The notes under the pieces were generated by a model, which ran no database searches, had not been told where the DNA came from, and saw nothing but the letters and a program-made list of their open reading frames with translations. This document shows positions 40,630 to 53,504 of a stretch of 64,000 nt of DNA, piece after piece (the first letter of the stretch is position 1; each line of letters opens with the position of its first letter). The stretch spans positions 248,001-312,000 of the forward strand of contig CT868207.1 of assembly GCA_000165425.1 (NCBI GenBank). Reading direction: 5' to 3'. Position numbers and translations under genes: made by a program. Origin of the DNA: Paramecium tetraurelia (lineage: Eukaryota).

Positions 40630-41977
40630 TCATTCTTCAATATGAAATTCCATTAAATCATCTAGTCTTAACTTTTTTATGTTATATTCTCTAAGATCTG
40701 GAAAATTAGAGGCTTACACCAAGTATTCTATTAGATATTTTAATTCTTGATCATTTTAATCATTATGCCATTCCAGAATAGGGATTCCGTTTTCAATCTG
40801 AAACCCAAAAGAGTGAGCCAAGTTGTCTACAATGAGCATGTCTTTAAGTTCTTTGTTGCTTATTAGTCTAAGATCCTTAATAAAGAAGCCATTTTTGGTT
40901 TCCATACAATTGTTTCGTGTCATAATTCCCGATATGTATTGTTTGGTTGGATCCAAATAATTAATAATGGCTTGAGCATATGCTTGAGATGAAGCAGTGT
41001 AAATATAAATTGTATAATATTGAGACAGTTATTAAAGAAACAGCGAAGTATATGGCCGAATATTGATCCCAATCTAAATTATTCAATTAAGTTACTTTGG
41101 CTTCTTCTCCGAAATCTCCAACAGCAGTCACGTAGACTTATGGATTTTCTCTTTGCGCGCATGAATGAATCAAGGTTTCATCTAAATCTAGAATCAGAGC
41201 CCGATCCTTCTTAGGATAAGCCTCTGAAAGTTACACCTTCTTTGATTGTATAAATTTATCGGAGGGGCCTTTCAAACACTTTCTTGCATAAATTAAACCT
41301 CGTTGGGTTAGAATCAGATGTTTTTTGAATGCTTATTCGTTGATATTTGGACCAAAGATGAGGTGTCTGAAGGGATGGTTGCTCAATTTATCTTTTCCAT
41401 TGTTTTGTGAATTCTTCTTACTTTACTCATTATCAGAATTAGCATTTAAATTCTGCATCGAGACAGCTTGTCTAAATCATAGCTAATCTAAATACTTCGT
41501 TTTATTTAGCTTTGGGTTTTATGGTTGTTGAGTTAGTTTTTATTGGATTCTTTAAGCTTATTCCTCGATGTTATAATTCCCCTCTTGCTATTGCACTTAA
41601 ACAGGCTATTGCTTTTTTTCGTTATCACTAAACTCCGGTTCGATCTCAACATCCCCATCAATTTTCTTGGTATTTACTAAATTGCTGAACCTCGACATCT
41701 TAGCAGCTAGTATAAATACAATAAAGCTACCTTGTGGTTGCTTACTTCTTTGTTTTTGGTTTTTGGGTGTTCCAGAGTCTGAATCATCTGTTTAATACCC
41801 AGTTTGTTAAATTGGTGATTTCACTTTTGTTTTTACATTTGTTTTAGGCGTATTATCTTAGGAGTTTGTACTTTCCCCTTCCTCTTCGCTGTAAAATTAT
41901 AGTTTCTAGTCCTAATTAATCACTTATTTAATATGGCCAACTTAAGACTTAGCTTTAAAACTATACAATTTATCCAT
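40630..41977 (-). CDS. FCP1/SCP (NIF) HAD-family CTD small phosphatase-like protein
   Basis: LILDLDETLIHS, IRPY, YTASSQAYA, IKDLRLI, IVDNLAHSFGFQIENGIPILEW. Confidence 0.92.
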
Positions 41978-42180
41978 TTTATAATTTTATATTTATTTTA
42001 GAAGGAAAGAAATAAAATAAATCAAACTTAAGTTTTAATTTAGAACATCGATTATATTATTACTAATTAATTTTTATTCTGAGTATGGTTAAATATACCT
42101 AATAATTTAAAAATAACAGTAACAAATTAATTATTCGAAAATAGTTGATGAATATAAATTAATATAATATATAATAAAGT

Positions 42181-44580
42181 TCATTTTTTTATTATTTTAC
42201 TGCTCTTCTTTTATGAAAGATTGTAAATATTCTTCTATGAAGTCGTCTACTATGCTTATACAGTTGGACGTTGCTGTCTTGAGGCAGCAGATGGAGGGAC
42301 CTTTAGCTGTGTTTAACTACCGACCATTGTGCCTCTCATGCTTTACGGTTTGCTCTGCACCGATATTGCCTGTTAAGAGTCATTAGATTCTGTTAAATGT
42401 GGGTTGTAATTTGGCTCCTATTCATCATCATCAATCCTCTCAAGAGGCTGAATTGGAGATCTCTAATTATATTAAGGCTATCTTTCTTGTTCAAATTAGG
42501 GGAAAATATTCTTAGGCTCTATCTCTGGAGACTTCGGAACTACCAAAGGTTGTTGTGGTCTTTAAGATCCTACTCCAAATGAATCTTGTCGAATGGATTA
42601 TCTATTTTATAGATTCTGTAGAGTTTGCTCGACTTATTGTCCAGTTAATTATTAAGTAATCACTTTGTCTTGAGATAATGCCAAAGACTGTCTTTATTAC
42701 AAGGCATAAGGAGACCTTTGGTGATCATGTATGCTCTCATTTATTTAATTCGATGGGTAGTTGTAAGTGGATGATCTTGCTTAGGATTACTATTCGATAT
42801 TTTATAATTGCTTTGATTAAACTTGATTTGAATACTAGTAGGATTACTATTAAAATTAAGAATAGGTTTGCTATTGTATTTACTATTATTGTTAAGGAAA
42901 CTTCTTTTAATCCGTGTTAATTGATTGAAATAATGACTATTGTTAAAATTAGTTATTATCAAACTAATTCGTTATAGGCTTTTATTATAGATTTTTTAAA
43001 TTGGAATTTGTTAATTCGACTTACTCAACTAAACTTTGTTTTGGTTATTCATCAATTTCTTAATGATTATAAGCATATTCATCATCATTATGTATGAGTT
43101 ATTCATGTTCATTAAAATTATGCTATTAATATTATTAGGGGTTTGTTAATTTTTTAAAGAAAGATTGTCTATTGGAAGGAGGATCCTAAATTATAATTTA
43201 ATCACTCTAAATATTCATTTATTTGTTTTGCAAAGGAAGAATTTCCTATAATGTAATTGGTTATAAATTCTAGTATTATTGTAAGCTTTTGGTTGGATCC
43301 CAATTAGGAAGAGGAACTTTCAATTTTTTTGTGGGGGACTTTTAGAATCTGATTTAAGCATCCTAACTTCTTTTTAAAGCTACTTTAGCTCTTTAATCTA
43401 GATCCTCAACTTAATGGTACAAATTATTCGGGTCTTAATTTTACAATGCATATTATTGTTATTCAACAACCCTTTACTTTTGAATCCCATATCCACCACT
43501 CTGTTCTTTGAAATCAATTGAATAGTTGGGTATGAATTCAGCAATAGTAGAAAACTAATATACATATATTTTATAATGTTACTCTAAAATAATCTTCCAG
43601 CTGAAATCTGTATCTATGCAATAATTCATGAGCTTATTTCGGATTTGGTCTATTATCAGGTGCCATAACAAGTAAGGATTCAACAATTTCATATAAATCA
43701 GAGCTGTATTAAGATTTGAGAAAATATAAATGATCATCTAATTTTTCTATATTGAAAGTATAGCTTGGGATATCATAGATGTCCTAAACGAAACTCAAAG
43801 TTGCCATTTATAACGCTGTTAATCCAATGCAAAATACATCTGATTTGTTTTAGTCAACATTTGGTCTCAAGACTTTTTGTTTAAGTGATGATAATTATTC
43901 AGGACTTAAGTTATACTACCCCTGTTATTTGGCAATGCATCTTCTATATGAGTTCATGTCTGTCATTTCTTGGATGTCAGTTAGTTTAAAAACTGGAAAT
44001 GGATGATTCTAACGAAACTAACTTCTTTTTGCGAATGATGTCACGCTTACTGTCAAGGGTCTTATGTCCCCATGTTGTTTCTACTGATCATTTAATCTTT
44101 ATAGTGCCATTAACTAATTTTAGAATTCAGTTTATTACTGTACAATGTAACATCGCAACTATTTCAATTTCTTCAAAATATTATTTAGTTTCACTTAATT
44201 CATTTATGACTCGTTCCAAATATTCATCAAAATATTCATAGACACTGTGAGCCTAAGTTAATTGAGTGCAGAGTTCTTTTTCTGTAACATGTTATAAATC
44301 AATCATTTAAATTAAGAAAGGTGTACTTTACTTCTATAATTAATGTATTATAATAAATTACGTTCCCCATTTGTTTCTCTTAGATTAATTTGAATTAATT
44401 CCATTATTCTTCATCTTAAAAAATATGATCTTTAACAGCTACAGCATGTTGATCTTAAGTCTTGAATATTCTAATTTCTCCATATCGGATATCTGTAGAT
44501 TGCTTCCAAAATTACAGCTGACTGATCTTAGGAACATTCATTTTCGATTGTTGTAAATTTTATGAATTTGCTTAACCCAT
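42181..44580 (-). CDS. probable pseudokinase with MG N-terminus and long Gln/Asn-rich tail
   Basis: MGQANSQ..YGEIRIF..AVAVK..HGDIRPLTV..FKLTDIQ..LSPE..KSDVFCIGL, then a low-complexity C-terminal half; TGA 42181-42183. Confidence 0.8.
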
Positions 44581-45444
44581 TCTGTTAAATATTTTATTTT
44601 AATAAATTTTTATTTTAAATAATCGAATTCTAGTATTATAATGAGAAGAGGTAGGTCTATTCAGATCAACAGATTTAGAACTTCCATTTCACTTAATTCT
44701 TCAAAATATACCCAAAAACGAGAATTTTTAGGCTTGATATATTTTTCGACTATTTGTAAATTTATTATTAATTATATATAATTATGTATATTATAATCAT
44801 TCTAATTTTACATTTCTTTAAAATTGTTGATGTAATACATAACTTAATAAAATATGGTATTAGTAGAAATCATCGCATAATCGATGCAGTATTTAAGTTC
44901 AAGATAGAAAAAAAAATTTGAAAATATTCATTCATTTATTTGTTAAGTAATATTCCTTATGATTTTCCTTTGAATTGGGTAAAACTATTTACAAATAAAA
45001 TTTAATTGCATTATAAATTTACTAACATAATTTCATTAATAATATTAATTATAATAAATATTAAATATTACTTATTTATTAGTTTAATATGCAATATTCA
45101 AAATAGAATTCATAATGCTAAGTTAGATGATATAATCTTACTTCTTGCTATGAAACTTGAATATCCTATTGTATATCTGATCTTAATGGCTAATGCATAG
45201 CAATAAGGATTGTATAATTTTTTTTGTTCTCAATTGTCATTTATTGAAAACGAATAATTTAAAAAATAAAAATCATTTTATTAAAAATATTTTTGTATTT
45301 ACACATTCCTTTTCTGAAAATCACAAGAATATAGAAAAAATTCTAAAATCATCCGTCATATTACGATAATAACCCTGGTATATAAAGATTTAGTAGCAAC
45401 TAAAAATTTAATTAATTTTATTTTAAATATCAAATTGATATAAT

Positions 45445-46194
45445 ATGTCAGTATCATAAGAACAAAGAATTTCTTCTACCTCCTCCCTTAAAGAAGATAT
45501 TATTCCTCTAAAGAGATAATGCAACATCCAAAATTTACTAAGAAGAAAAGATTTTAAATAAGTGGTGAGGATTTTATAAAATTAGAATAAGTCAAGGTTA
45601 GGTTATAATACTATTCTAGAACGAATTATAAAAAGCTCAAGTATGAGGATTAGATCTATCATGTCGGATAAAACTTATGCATCAAAGGTGACAACCGATC
45701 AGAATATGTGGCTAAACTTATTAAAATAGTTAAACTCTATGACGATGAGGATAATTGCATACCTTTAATCAAAGTATAATGGTTTTACAGGAAAAATGAA
45801 CTTTATGGTTTACCCAAAGATTAAATGGATTGTATTTCAGAAAATGAAGTATTCAAAACTAATGAATTTGACTACATTGAAATAGAGAGCATAGTGGGAT
45901 TAGCCATTATTCTCAGTTACGAAGAGTACGATTAAATTGAAGAGTTGAATGATAACATATACTTCACTAGAGCATCATTTATTGACAGAAAATTACATCC
46001 ATCCATTGAATAATGGAAATAAGTTTGTATATGTCATAAGCCCGCCAATCCAGATTTAAAGTATCAATATAAACTAATTTAGGTATGTATTTTGTGATGT
46101 TTGTTAAAAATGGTGTCATTTAAAATGTGTGGGACTCACACAAGACTAGGCTGACAAACTTAATAAATATGTCTGTCCTGAATGTAAAAACTGA
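45445..46194 (+). CDS. BAH-PHD histone reader (plant EBS/SHL-like)
   Basis: BAH: EYVAKL..VQWFY..ENEVF; PHD: CICHKPANPDLKYVFCDVCQKWCHLKC..YVCPEC*. Confidence 0.9.
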
Positions 46195-46229
46195 TATATA
46201 GTATAATTTATTTGATAAAAACATTATCA

Positions 46230-47700
46230 ACTGACTAGCCTTAAAAATGCTATTTTAAACTGTTATTTATTATCTCATAAACTTTTCAAAGATTAATATA
46301 GCTTTATTCTGATTCTTAGATTATTCTTATCTGAAGCACGTTTTCTATTCATAATTTTCATGTCCAATACTACATAACTATTTACTTAGCTCTGACTCTA
46401 GAATAATTAAAATAATACTCTTAATATCGTTACAATTTTAATTCTTAGCCTTATTAGTTAATAGAACTTTAAAAAGCAATCCTAAGAAACTAAAATTCTA
46501 AATGCCATAAGACAGAATTTATTTGCCTTTTTAATAGGAGAAAAATCAGTCAGTCATAATTACATAATTTCTAATTTTCAAATCAATTCAGATACCCACA
46601 TCTATAGACAGAATTTGAGATGATTAAATAATAACTCTGCTTTTGGAAATTATTTTAAACTCTCTTGCACAATATACTATTTAAATTGATATGATTTTTA
46701 TAATTAATTATTATGATTTGACATTTTATCATAATCGTACGCATATAATTTTATATCGTTTATTAATAGAAAAAGGGAAAAAAACCTTACATATATAAAC
46801 TTTGTGAAATTATCTCTAAAAGGGTATAGACTCTAATTTAAAAGATTAGAAAAACTAACTTCGAATTTTTCTATCTTTTATAAAAATTATAGTATAACTA
46901 GAAATAGTTTAATAAAATTTATATATAATAACATTATGTATAATCGAAAAATGTTATGTTCAAGAATTTGAAGCCACAAAGAGAAGATTAGTTTATCTAC
47001 TTACAATTGTCAATATTATCATCCTAAATGACTCTATCTATTATATAAATATTCAAAATTGTTAAAGTTCTTTTTTTAGCCAGCAAAAATAATATATAAA
47101 AAATATAATTTATAGGTATTCTTGGATAATTACAATGTTGTATAATTGTCTCTATAGTTTAATATATAATCCAACAATCTTAAAACAGTGTTACTTTCTT
47201 TCTATTATAGCTAAAAGTGCAAAGAAATGTATTTTCAAAATGTTAATTGTTTAAAATAATTTTGATATAAACGAACTCTTGATGGAGTTTTAAATCTCTA
47301 ATTAATGTTTCTGAATCCAGACTGTAATTAATGTGAAAAGTATAGATTAAAAACAGGATCAAATGAGATTGTATATTTTTTAAATCTAAAACCTAATATT
47401 TCTGGAGAGAAGTTAGCTTATATAGGTTTTAGTTTTAGATTTGATTTATTTAACTTTAGTATAGAGTAGTTTTAGAAATATTTAAAAAATCAGATAAACT
47501 AATGCTCAATTAGTAAAGCAAATTAAATTTCAGTTTATTAAATATAAAATTGTTATCGTTAATTTCAGACTAGACACGACTAAGTTGGGTAAAGTTCCCA
47601 ACGAAGGTTTAAGAAATTATCTGTAAATCGAAAGAGTTGAATTTATGAAATAATAACAATATTTCACTTCATTATAATAATTATTTCATTATGAAAATTG
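46230..47700. pseudogene. possible decayed gene remnant(s)
   Basis: ~1.5 kb where I found no intact ciliate-code ORF but saw coding-like patches. Confidence 0.25.
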
Positions 47701-47738
47701 GATCATTGTATTTATGAATGTATATTATTATAATTAAC

Positions 47739-50700
47739 TCATTTATGCGATCTAATCTTTAATGCTACAGATTTAAACAAATTTTATAAAGGTTACTTAA
47801 TATCAATTTCCCTTGTTGTTATTAATTCTACTAAACATTCAAAGACCTACAGTAAAGGATGTGGCTCCAAGTTCAAATCTTTTAATGATTGTAATTCCAA
47901 CAATAATTAAATAATTTCTTAAACTCGTTTTCTACTTAATGGCATTGATCCTGACATATATTCATCCTTCATAAATTAGGTTACTAAGGATTAGCAAATC
48001 TAATTTAAAGTCATTAAGTTTTTTGGTTTCTTGAATATTATATTCATCAACTTTTATCTTGTCTCATAAAACAAATCTTCCAATTGATACAAATTGATGT
48101 TCCTAGATAGTAATTCCCAATAGTTAATAATTTCTCTATCCAAAATTTCTTATGAAAGGAGCCAATCACAAATTTATAATTCCACATCAATACAGCTCTT
48201 CAATCCATCAATGCTTACTATTTTGTCCCATTACTAAGCAAAATTGAGTTATTCAGCTAACATTTAGATATATTCTTCATTTTAACAAATTTGAATGGTT
48301 TCTATAATCAAAGGCAGAACCTGAACCCATAAAGGTTTATTGGTTTTATTGTAATTTTTAACATTGTTGACTTTCTGTTAATTTTATCTAATTGATAGTT
48401 AAATTAGACAAATATCAACATATTGTTTAATAAGTTCAGGATCTGTCAATTATTTGTCTGATATATATTTACTTAAGAGTTGCGTATATTTAAGGATAAC
48501 AAGATCCTACAACTTTGTCATTCCACCTTCCTTTTTCATATTTAATAAGAGAAATACATAGAATTTAGATTTATCCTTTTAATTGCTAAGATGAATATAG
48601 AAGTCTTCTGCAAAATCATGTAATTATTTTTCATCCATCCATATCTTGATGTTAGATATGTTTTCAATGTTTATAGGCAAATCAACAATTGCTTAGTAAC
48701 TCTCATATAAATCCTCTATTAATTCTTCTGGGAATGAATTTTGATTTTTATTGTGAGCTTTGAGAAACAACACATATAGTTCACATACTTCAGGTAAAAT
48801 TTTGTTGATTAATGTTTTCACATCTCTATTATCTTAAATCTTTTATCCAATAAACTCTTATATACATAAGATGAATTCTTTGGCCCAATCAAATTGTTCA
48901 ACCAAATTCTTTTCAATCATAATTTCTGTGTTTTCTTTAATCAAACGAATAATTTCCCATCTTAAATCTAAATTATTAATTTTGAATGATATTATTAATC
49001 TAATAAAGGTTTCGTTGTATAATTATTAAGCATGCTATTTAAATTCTTGATCCTCTTATTGGCCAATCTTTTTCAAAAACTTTGTTAAATTTTAAATCAT
49101 AATCTTAAGAGTGTCTTCCCATGCTACCATTACTTCATTTTAAGTTTTAACTGAAGTTTACAAATCTTATTCAGAAAATTTAGTAAATTTTGGATAGTCT
49201 TCTTCTTTTAAATATTTTGGTACTTTCATGTGAAAAATCACTTACAATTATTGTAATTAGGCAACTCTCCCTATCAAATCATCTAAGATCTTGAATATAA
49301 TGTTCTTGAGTAGATCAATTTAAAAATTAATTCTAAATGATCCACAATTAATTAATATAATTTAGATTATGATATGCAAGGCTGATTATCTAACATCAGG
49401 AGCGTTGTCCAATGACAAATCCTTTAAACTCTATAAAACCACTGTCCATAATTCCTCTACTTCAGTTTGTGATGTTTGATTTGTGCAGATTTTACTTAAA
49501 TTATCTGCTAATTACCAAATTAGACCAACTGAAACATAACTAATATTTTACTCTGTTGTTCTTTATCTAAATTACTTAATTAATGGTAATAGTCTCCTGG
49601 TTGTCTTAGGATCCAATAAATGCATAAATTACCCTATCAACAATTCCAAAATGTGAAATCCAATATTTACATATCCAGTAGGTTCTGTTTCATCACAACT
49701 GATTAACAATATTTCAATTATTGTATTAAATCCTAGAATATTCAATTCATGTCCATTATTTTAAATCAACTTAAAAATTATATTCAACAAAGTCTCTTTG
49801 ACATCAGCATATGGAATATTTATCATCTGTTGAATTGGACTTAATAAATGAGACTACCAACTATCACCTTCCCAACAAAGACTCTAATCTGGCTTTAAGA
49901 AATAGATAAATCCTTATTGCACTATACATGAAAAGATCTCCAATGCGGATTCTCTAAATGCTTTATGTTTATAGTTTGCAATGCATAAAAAATGAGCTGT
50001 GATAAAATCCCAAAACTTGTTGATTCTAAACCAATTTTACTTTGTTATTTAGTGAATCTTTTGTAATCCAAATTGGATGGACTTAGAATCCACTAAAGAT
50101 TAAACATTATTAAATTATTCCATCAGACTCAAAGTAACTTAATTTATGGCTTCAATCATATGTAGTAAATTTGCATCTTCATATACATTGCTTGATGAAA
50201 ACAAACCTTCTAAAATGTTGTTTAATAACATTATTTCTTATTAGTAGATCTCAGGATGAGACTCTTATTATATAGTATTTTGATTTTAAGATTTCTAAAG
50301 GAGTGCCTCAAATTATTACATAGCCTTCATAATGATATACCAGGATTTAATATCCAATAAATCTACAAATTTAATTAATGACATTACTTCCTAATTATGC
50401 TATATTGAATAAGGTTTTTGCACTTTATAATTGATTCTTTGTCAGAGTTGTATTTTGTTTGGCCACACAAAGACTACTCAAGAATTTGATAAAGGCATCT
50501 CTAGTCTTGTTTTATCCCAAAGAACCAGATAGGTTAATCCAAGTTTGTATTGAATTTAAGATACTTTAATACTGGATTTCATCATTCAGATTTATCATTA
50601 GATTTTAAATGGTTTTTAGAGTTAATTATTGTGTAGTCTCGATTATTTAATTGACTTCCTTACAGTTATCTTCAATCAAGATCTTTGATTGAGACAATTT

Positions 50701-52027
50701 GTAATTCAAACTAAATAGCCCAATTTATTTTTCATATGCAATTTATAGAATTGAATCAGTAAAATGAGAGATGCATTCAACTATTTAATATTATTGGGAA
50801 TAATACTTGATTTTTAGGTAAATTATGACTTGTTGTATATGGGAATTTCCGTCAAATTCAAGATATTCTATTCGTATAGCTTCTTTTATTTAGCGTAGGT
50901 CTATTATTGATTTGACTGATTTATTGTATATAGAGGTTCTTATTCAGTTGATAGTTTGATGATGAAAACCAAATGCTATAAAAAAGTGGATTGCTATTAT
51001 TGTTATTGCTATTATTGTTCTTCCTATAAAGGTCCTTGATAGAGTAGCATGACCAATTTGGGATCTTGTAGTAGGGTCAAAATTCCTTCTAAGATCCAGT
51101 ATCTAACATAACCATAGGATGGAGATCTTGTAAATAGTAGACTTATGTGTTTAAGTAATGATATGTCACGTTGTAAACTCACAATCATTCTGAATGAGTC
51201 CCTTATTCTTCTTGCATCTAGGATTATATAAGAAATTACTGAATTAAACATCTGCAGAATCCAAACTCATTTCCTCATAAATACTGGCAGAGATTTCTTC
51301 TATTAATTTGCTGAGTTATTCATCTTTATTTAAAAAGGGACCCAAATTTTGGACTATCTGAAATATCATATCTCTGCATATTCCCTTAGAATATTAGTGT
51401 TATACAACGAAGGGCACCTTTTGTCCTTTCATTCCTTAAATAAGTTGTAAAAATATCAGAACTCCGTTTCTATGGGGTTTTTCACTGTATTATGCATATA
51501 AGAAATCGAGGATTTTCATTAGACCTGTCATTGATGTGGTTTGAATGATTGGATTTTTTGAAATCACAAGGGTGAAGAATATGCAAATTAGCTACATTTA
51601 GATTATTCTTTACTTTTTCGATGCACTCAGGATTATTGATATTTACTATTTCTTTATGAATTAAATGGACACTGCATTACACTAATTTTAATTGCACATT
51701 TTCAATTATTTCATCTTTAAACAAATAGAGAGAATGCAATAAGGGATGAAGGTCTGCCTAAAATAGAATTTAAATTACTTCCTGCAATATGGGAGTGTTG
51801 AATAATTTTAGGATAATATTAAGAGCTATTCCAGATGTTTGATTGGTTTTGCTTTCAGGAAGTCTAACAAGGATTTTGATGATTTCTTAAATAGGTAAAT
51901 TTTATTAAGACTTGTGCTTCTTGATATCGTCTATAATTCCTTAAATAAGAGGTTTCAAAACTTGGTTTTTCTTTTAATCACTTAAAAGTTGTTGGAATTC
52001 ATTCGATAAAGAATCAATTAAATTCAT
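47739..52027 (-). CDS. MON2: MON2-like ARM/HEAT trafficking protein (Sec7-family relative)
   Basis: ~1350 aa; QNISYVSVGLIWQLADNL and LWTVVLQSLKDLSLDNAPDVRQSAL match MON2 HDS-region motifs; DCB-like N-terminus MNLIDSLSNEFQQLLSD. Confidence 0.8.
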
Positions 52028-53203
52028 TAATTTTTTAGTAAATAATAATCATTCCATTAAATTTAAGTTGTGTATGTTTTTTCCTCGTCAGTATCTACAA
52101 ATTCATACTCCTCTAGATTTAAATAATTACATTATTCAAATTCTAGTGGCAGGTCAAATTTGAATTGTTCTAAATTGCAATCGTAAACATCCTCAAGACT
52201 GAGCATGTAATCGACAAACCGATGATCCGATAAATTAACCTAAGTATTTTATTAGAATTCATGGGGCTTTTTGATTCTGAATTTATGTTTCACACATTTG
52301 TTTCGCTCTGACTTTGATTTGCAAGTTTATTTTGCAAATGCCATTTCATCTTCATGATCATTATATAAAATATAGTCGTTCTTTATAAGATCAGATGATT
52401 ACAAATTTTATTCTATAACTAATGGTTTTGATGAGCTTTTTTATGGCTATATTTTATTCTCTTTTTTTTAAATAGGTTCATCAATATTCAAAGATTGAAT
52501 ATTTTCACATATAGATATTTATTGAGAATTCTTGACTAGTTTTTTGTTTTAGAATTTCAATTGTTAACAAGAGTCATACAATTTCGAACTGAAATAAGGA
52601 TTTGCAAGTTTATTGTCTACATCATAGAAGTCATTGTAATTCTACATCTTGACTTGAATGTAATTAGGCAAATGAATTTTGAATGCCTCCTTCTGTATTC
52701 GATTGATAATAACTTCATATTATTAAATCATACTCTACATCCTTATAAATAAGATAATCATACTTAGAATCGTAATCCACATTGTCTGAATTCTTTAGAT
52801 ATTGGTAATTGGTTTTGATTAATTTGTCCTGTTCTTAAATTAAATCAATTCCAGGAACTTTTTATTTGGCTAATGCATTCAAAGCAATGATTTCATCACT
52901 CAAATAACAAAATTGTTTTATGGGATTGTCGAGTCGTCCTAATTTAAGTTTTCTTCCTCTGTTCTAAGGGGATAGAATGAGTTTCTTGAGATTAAAAAAT
53001 TCTTCCATCTTTTTCCTGAAACTATTAATTAAGTAATTTCTCCATGCTTTTATGCTCTTCTCATTCCCTGCTGTCAATAGAAGGTATTTTTTTTGAAAAT
53101 AATTTTTTGTTAATTGCTTGTATTTATTGTTGCTATGACTTCTATCACTTAATGGTGAATTAAGAGTATTAGTTTCGAATTTATTCAAGTACAATGTGGA
53201 CAT
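52024..53203 (-). CDS. hypothetical protein
   Basis: ATG 53203 (MSTLYLNKFE..); the last exon reads ..EYEFVDTDEEKTYTTQIQWNDYYLLKNQ*, with its TGA overlapping the MON2 ATG as written. Confidence 0.7.
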
Positions 53204-53504
53204 ATATTTTTAAGGAGATTGCAAATGTTTTTGCTATCCTAAATATTTTGAAATATATGAAGAATCAATACAAAGATCTTATTAGCTAGTGAACCTGCTG
53301 AAACTATTGCTTTGATGATGGGGAGAGTAAAAATTTTTTTGTTTCATAGTTATAATAATTAATCTAGGCATTCATTATTAGAAAAACTAGTTTATTGTAA
53401 TTTCCTATAGGTTTTCCTGCATCTAATTGTCAAAATGCAGACTTAAATTTACTTTGAGGCTCTTATAAAGTGAATACAAACGAAAATTATTTTATAATTA
53501 ATTT

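Noticed and set aside
44641..44920. ORF starting MRRGRSIQINRF
   Set aside because: Degrades into AT-rich Ile/Tyr sequence; open frames arise easily when TGA is the only stop.
53225..53460. Small coding-like patch (..LASEPAETIALMMGR..)
   Set aside because: No in-frame ATG without an intervening TGA; cannot support a gene.
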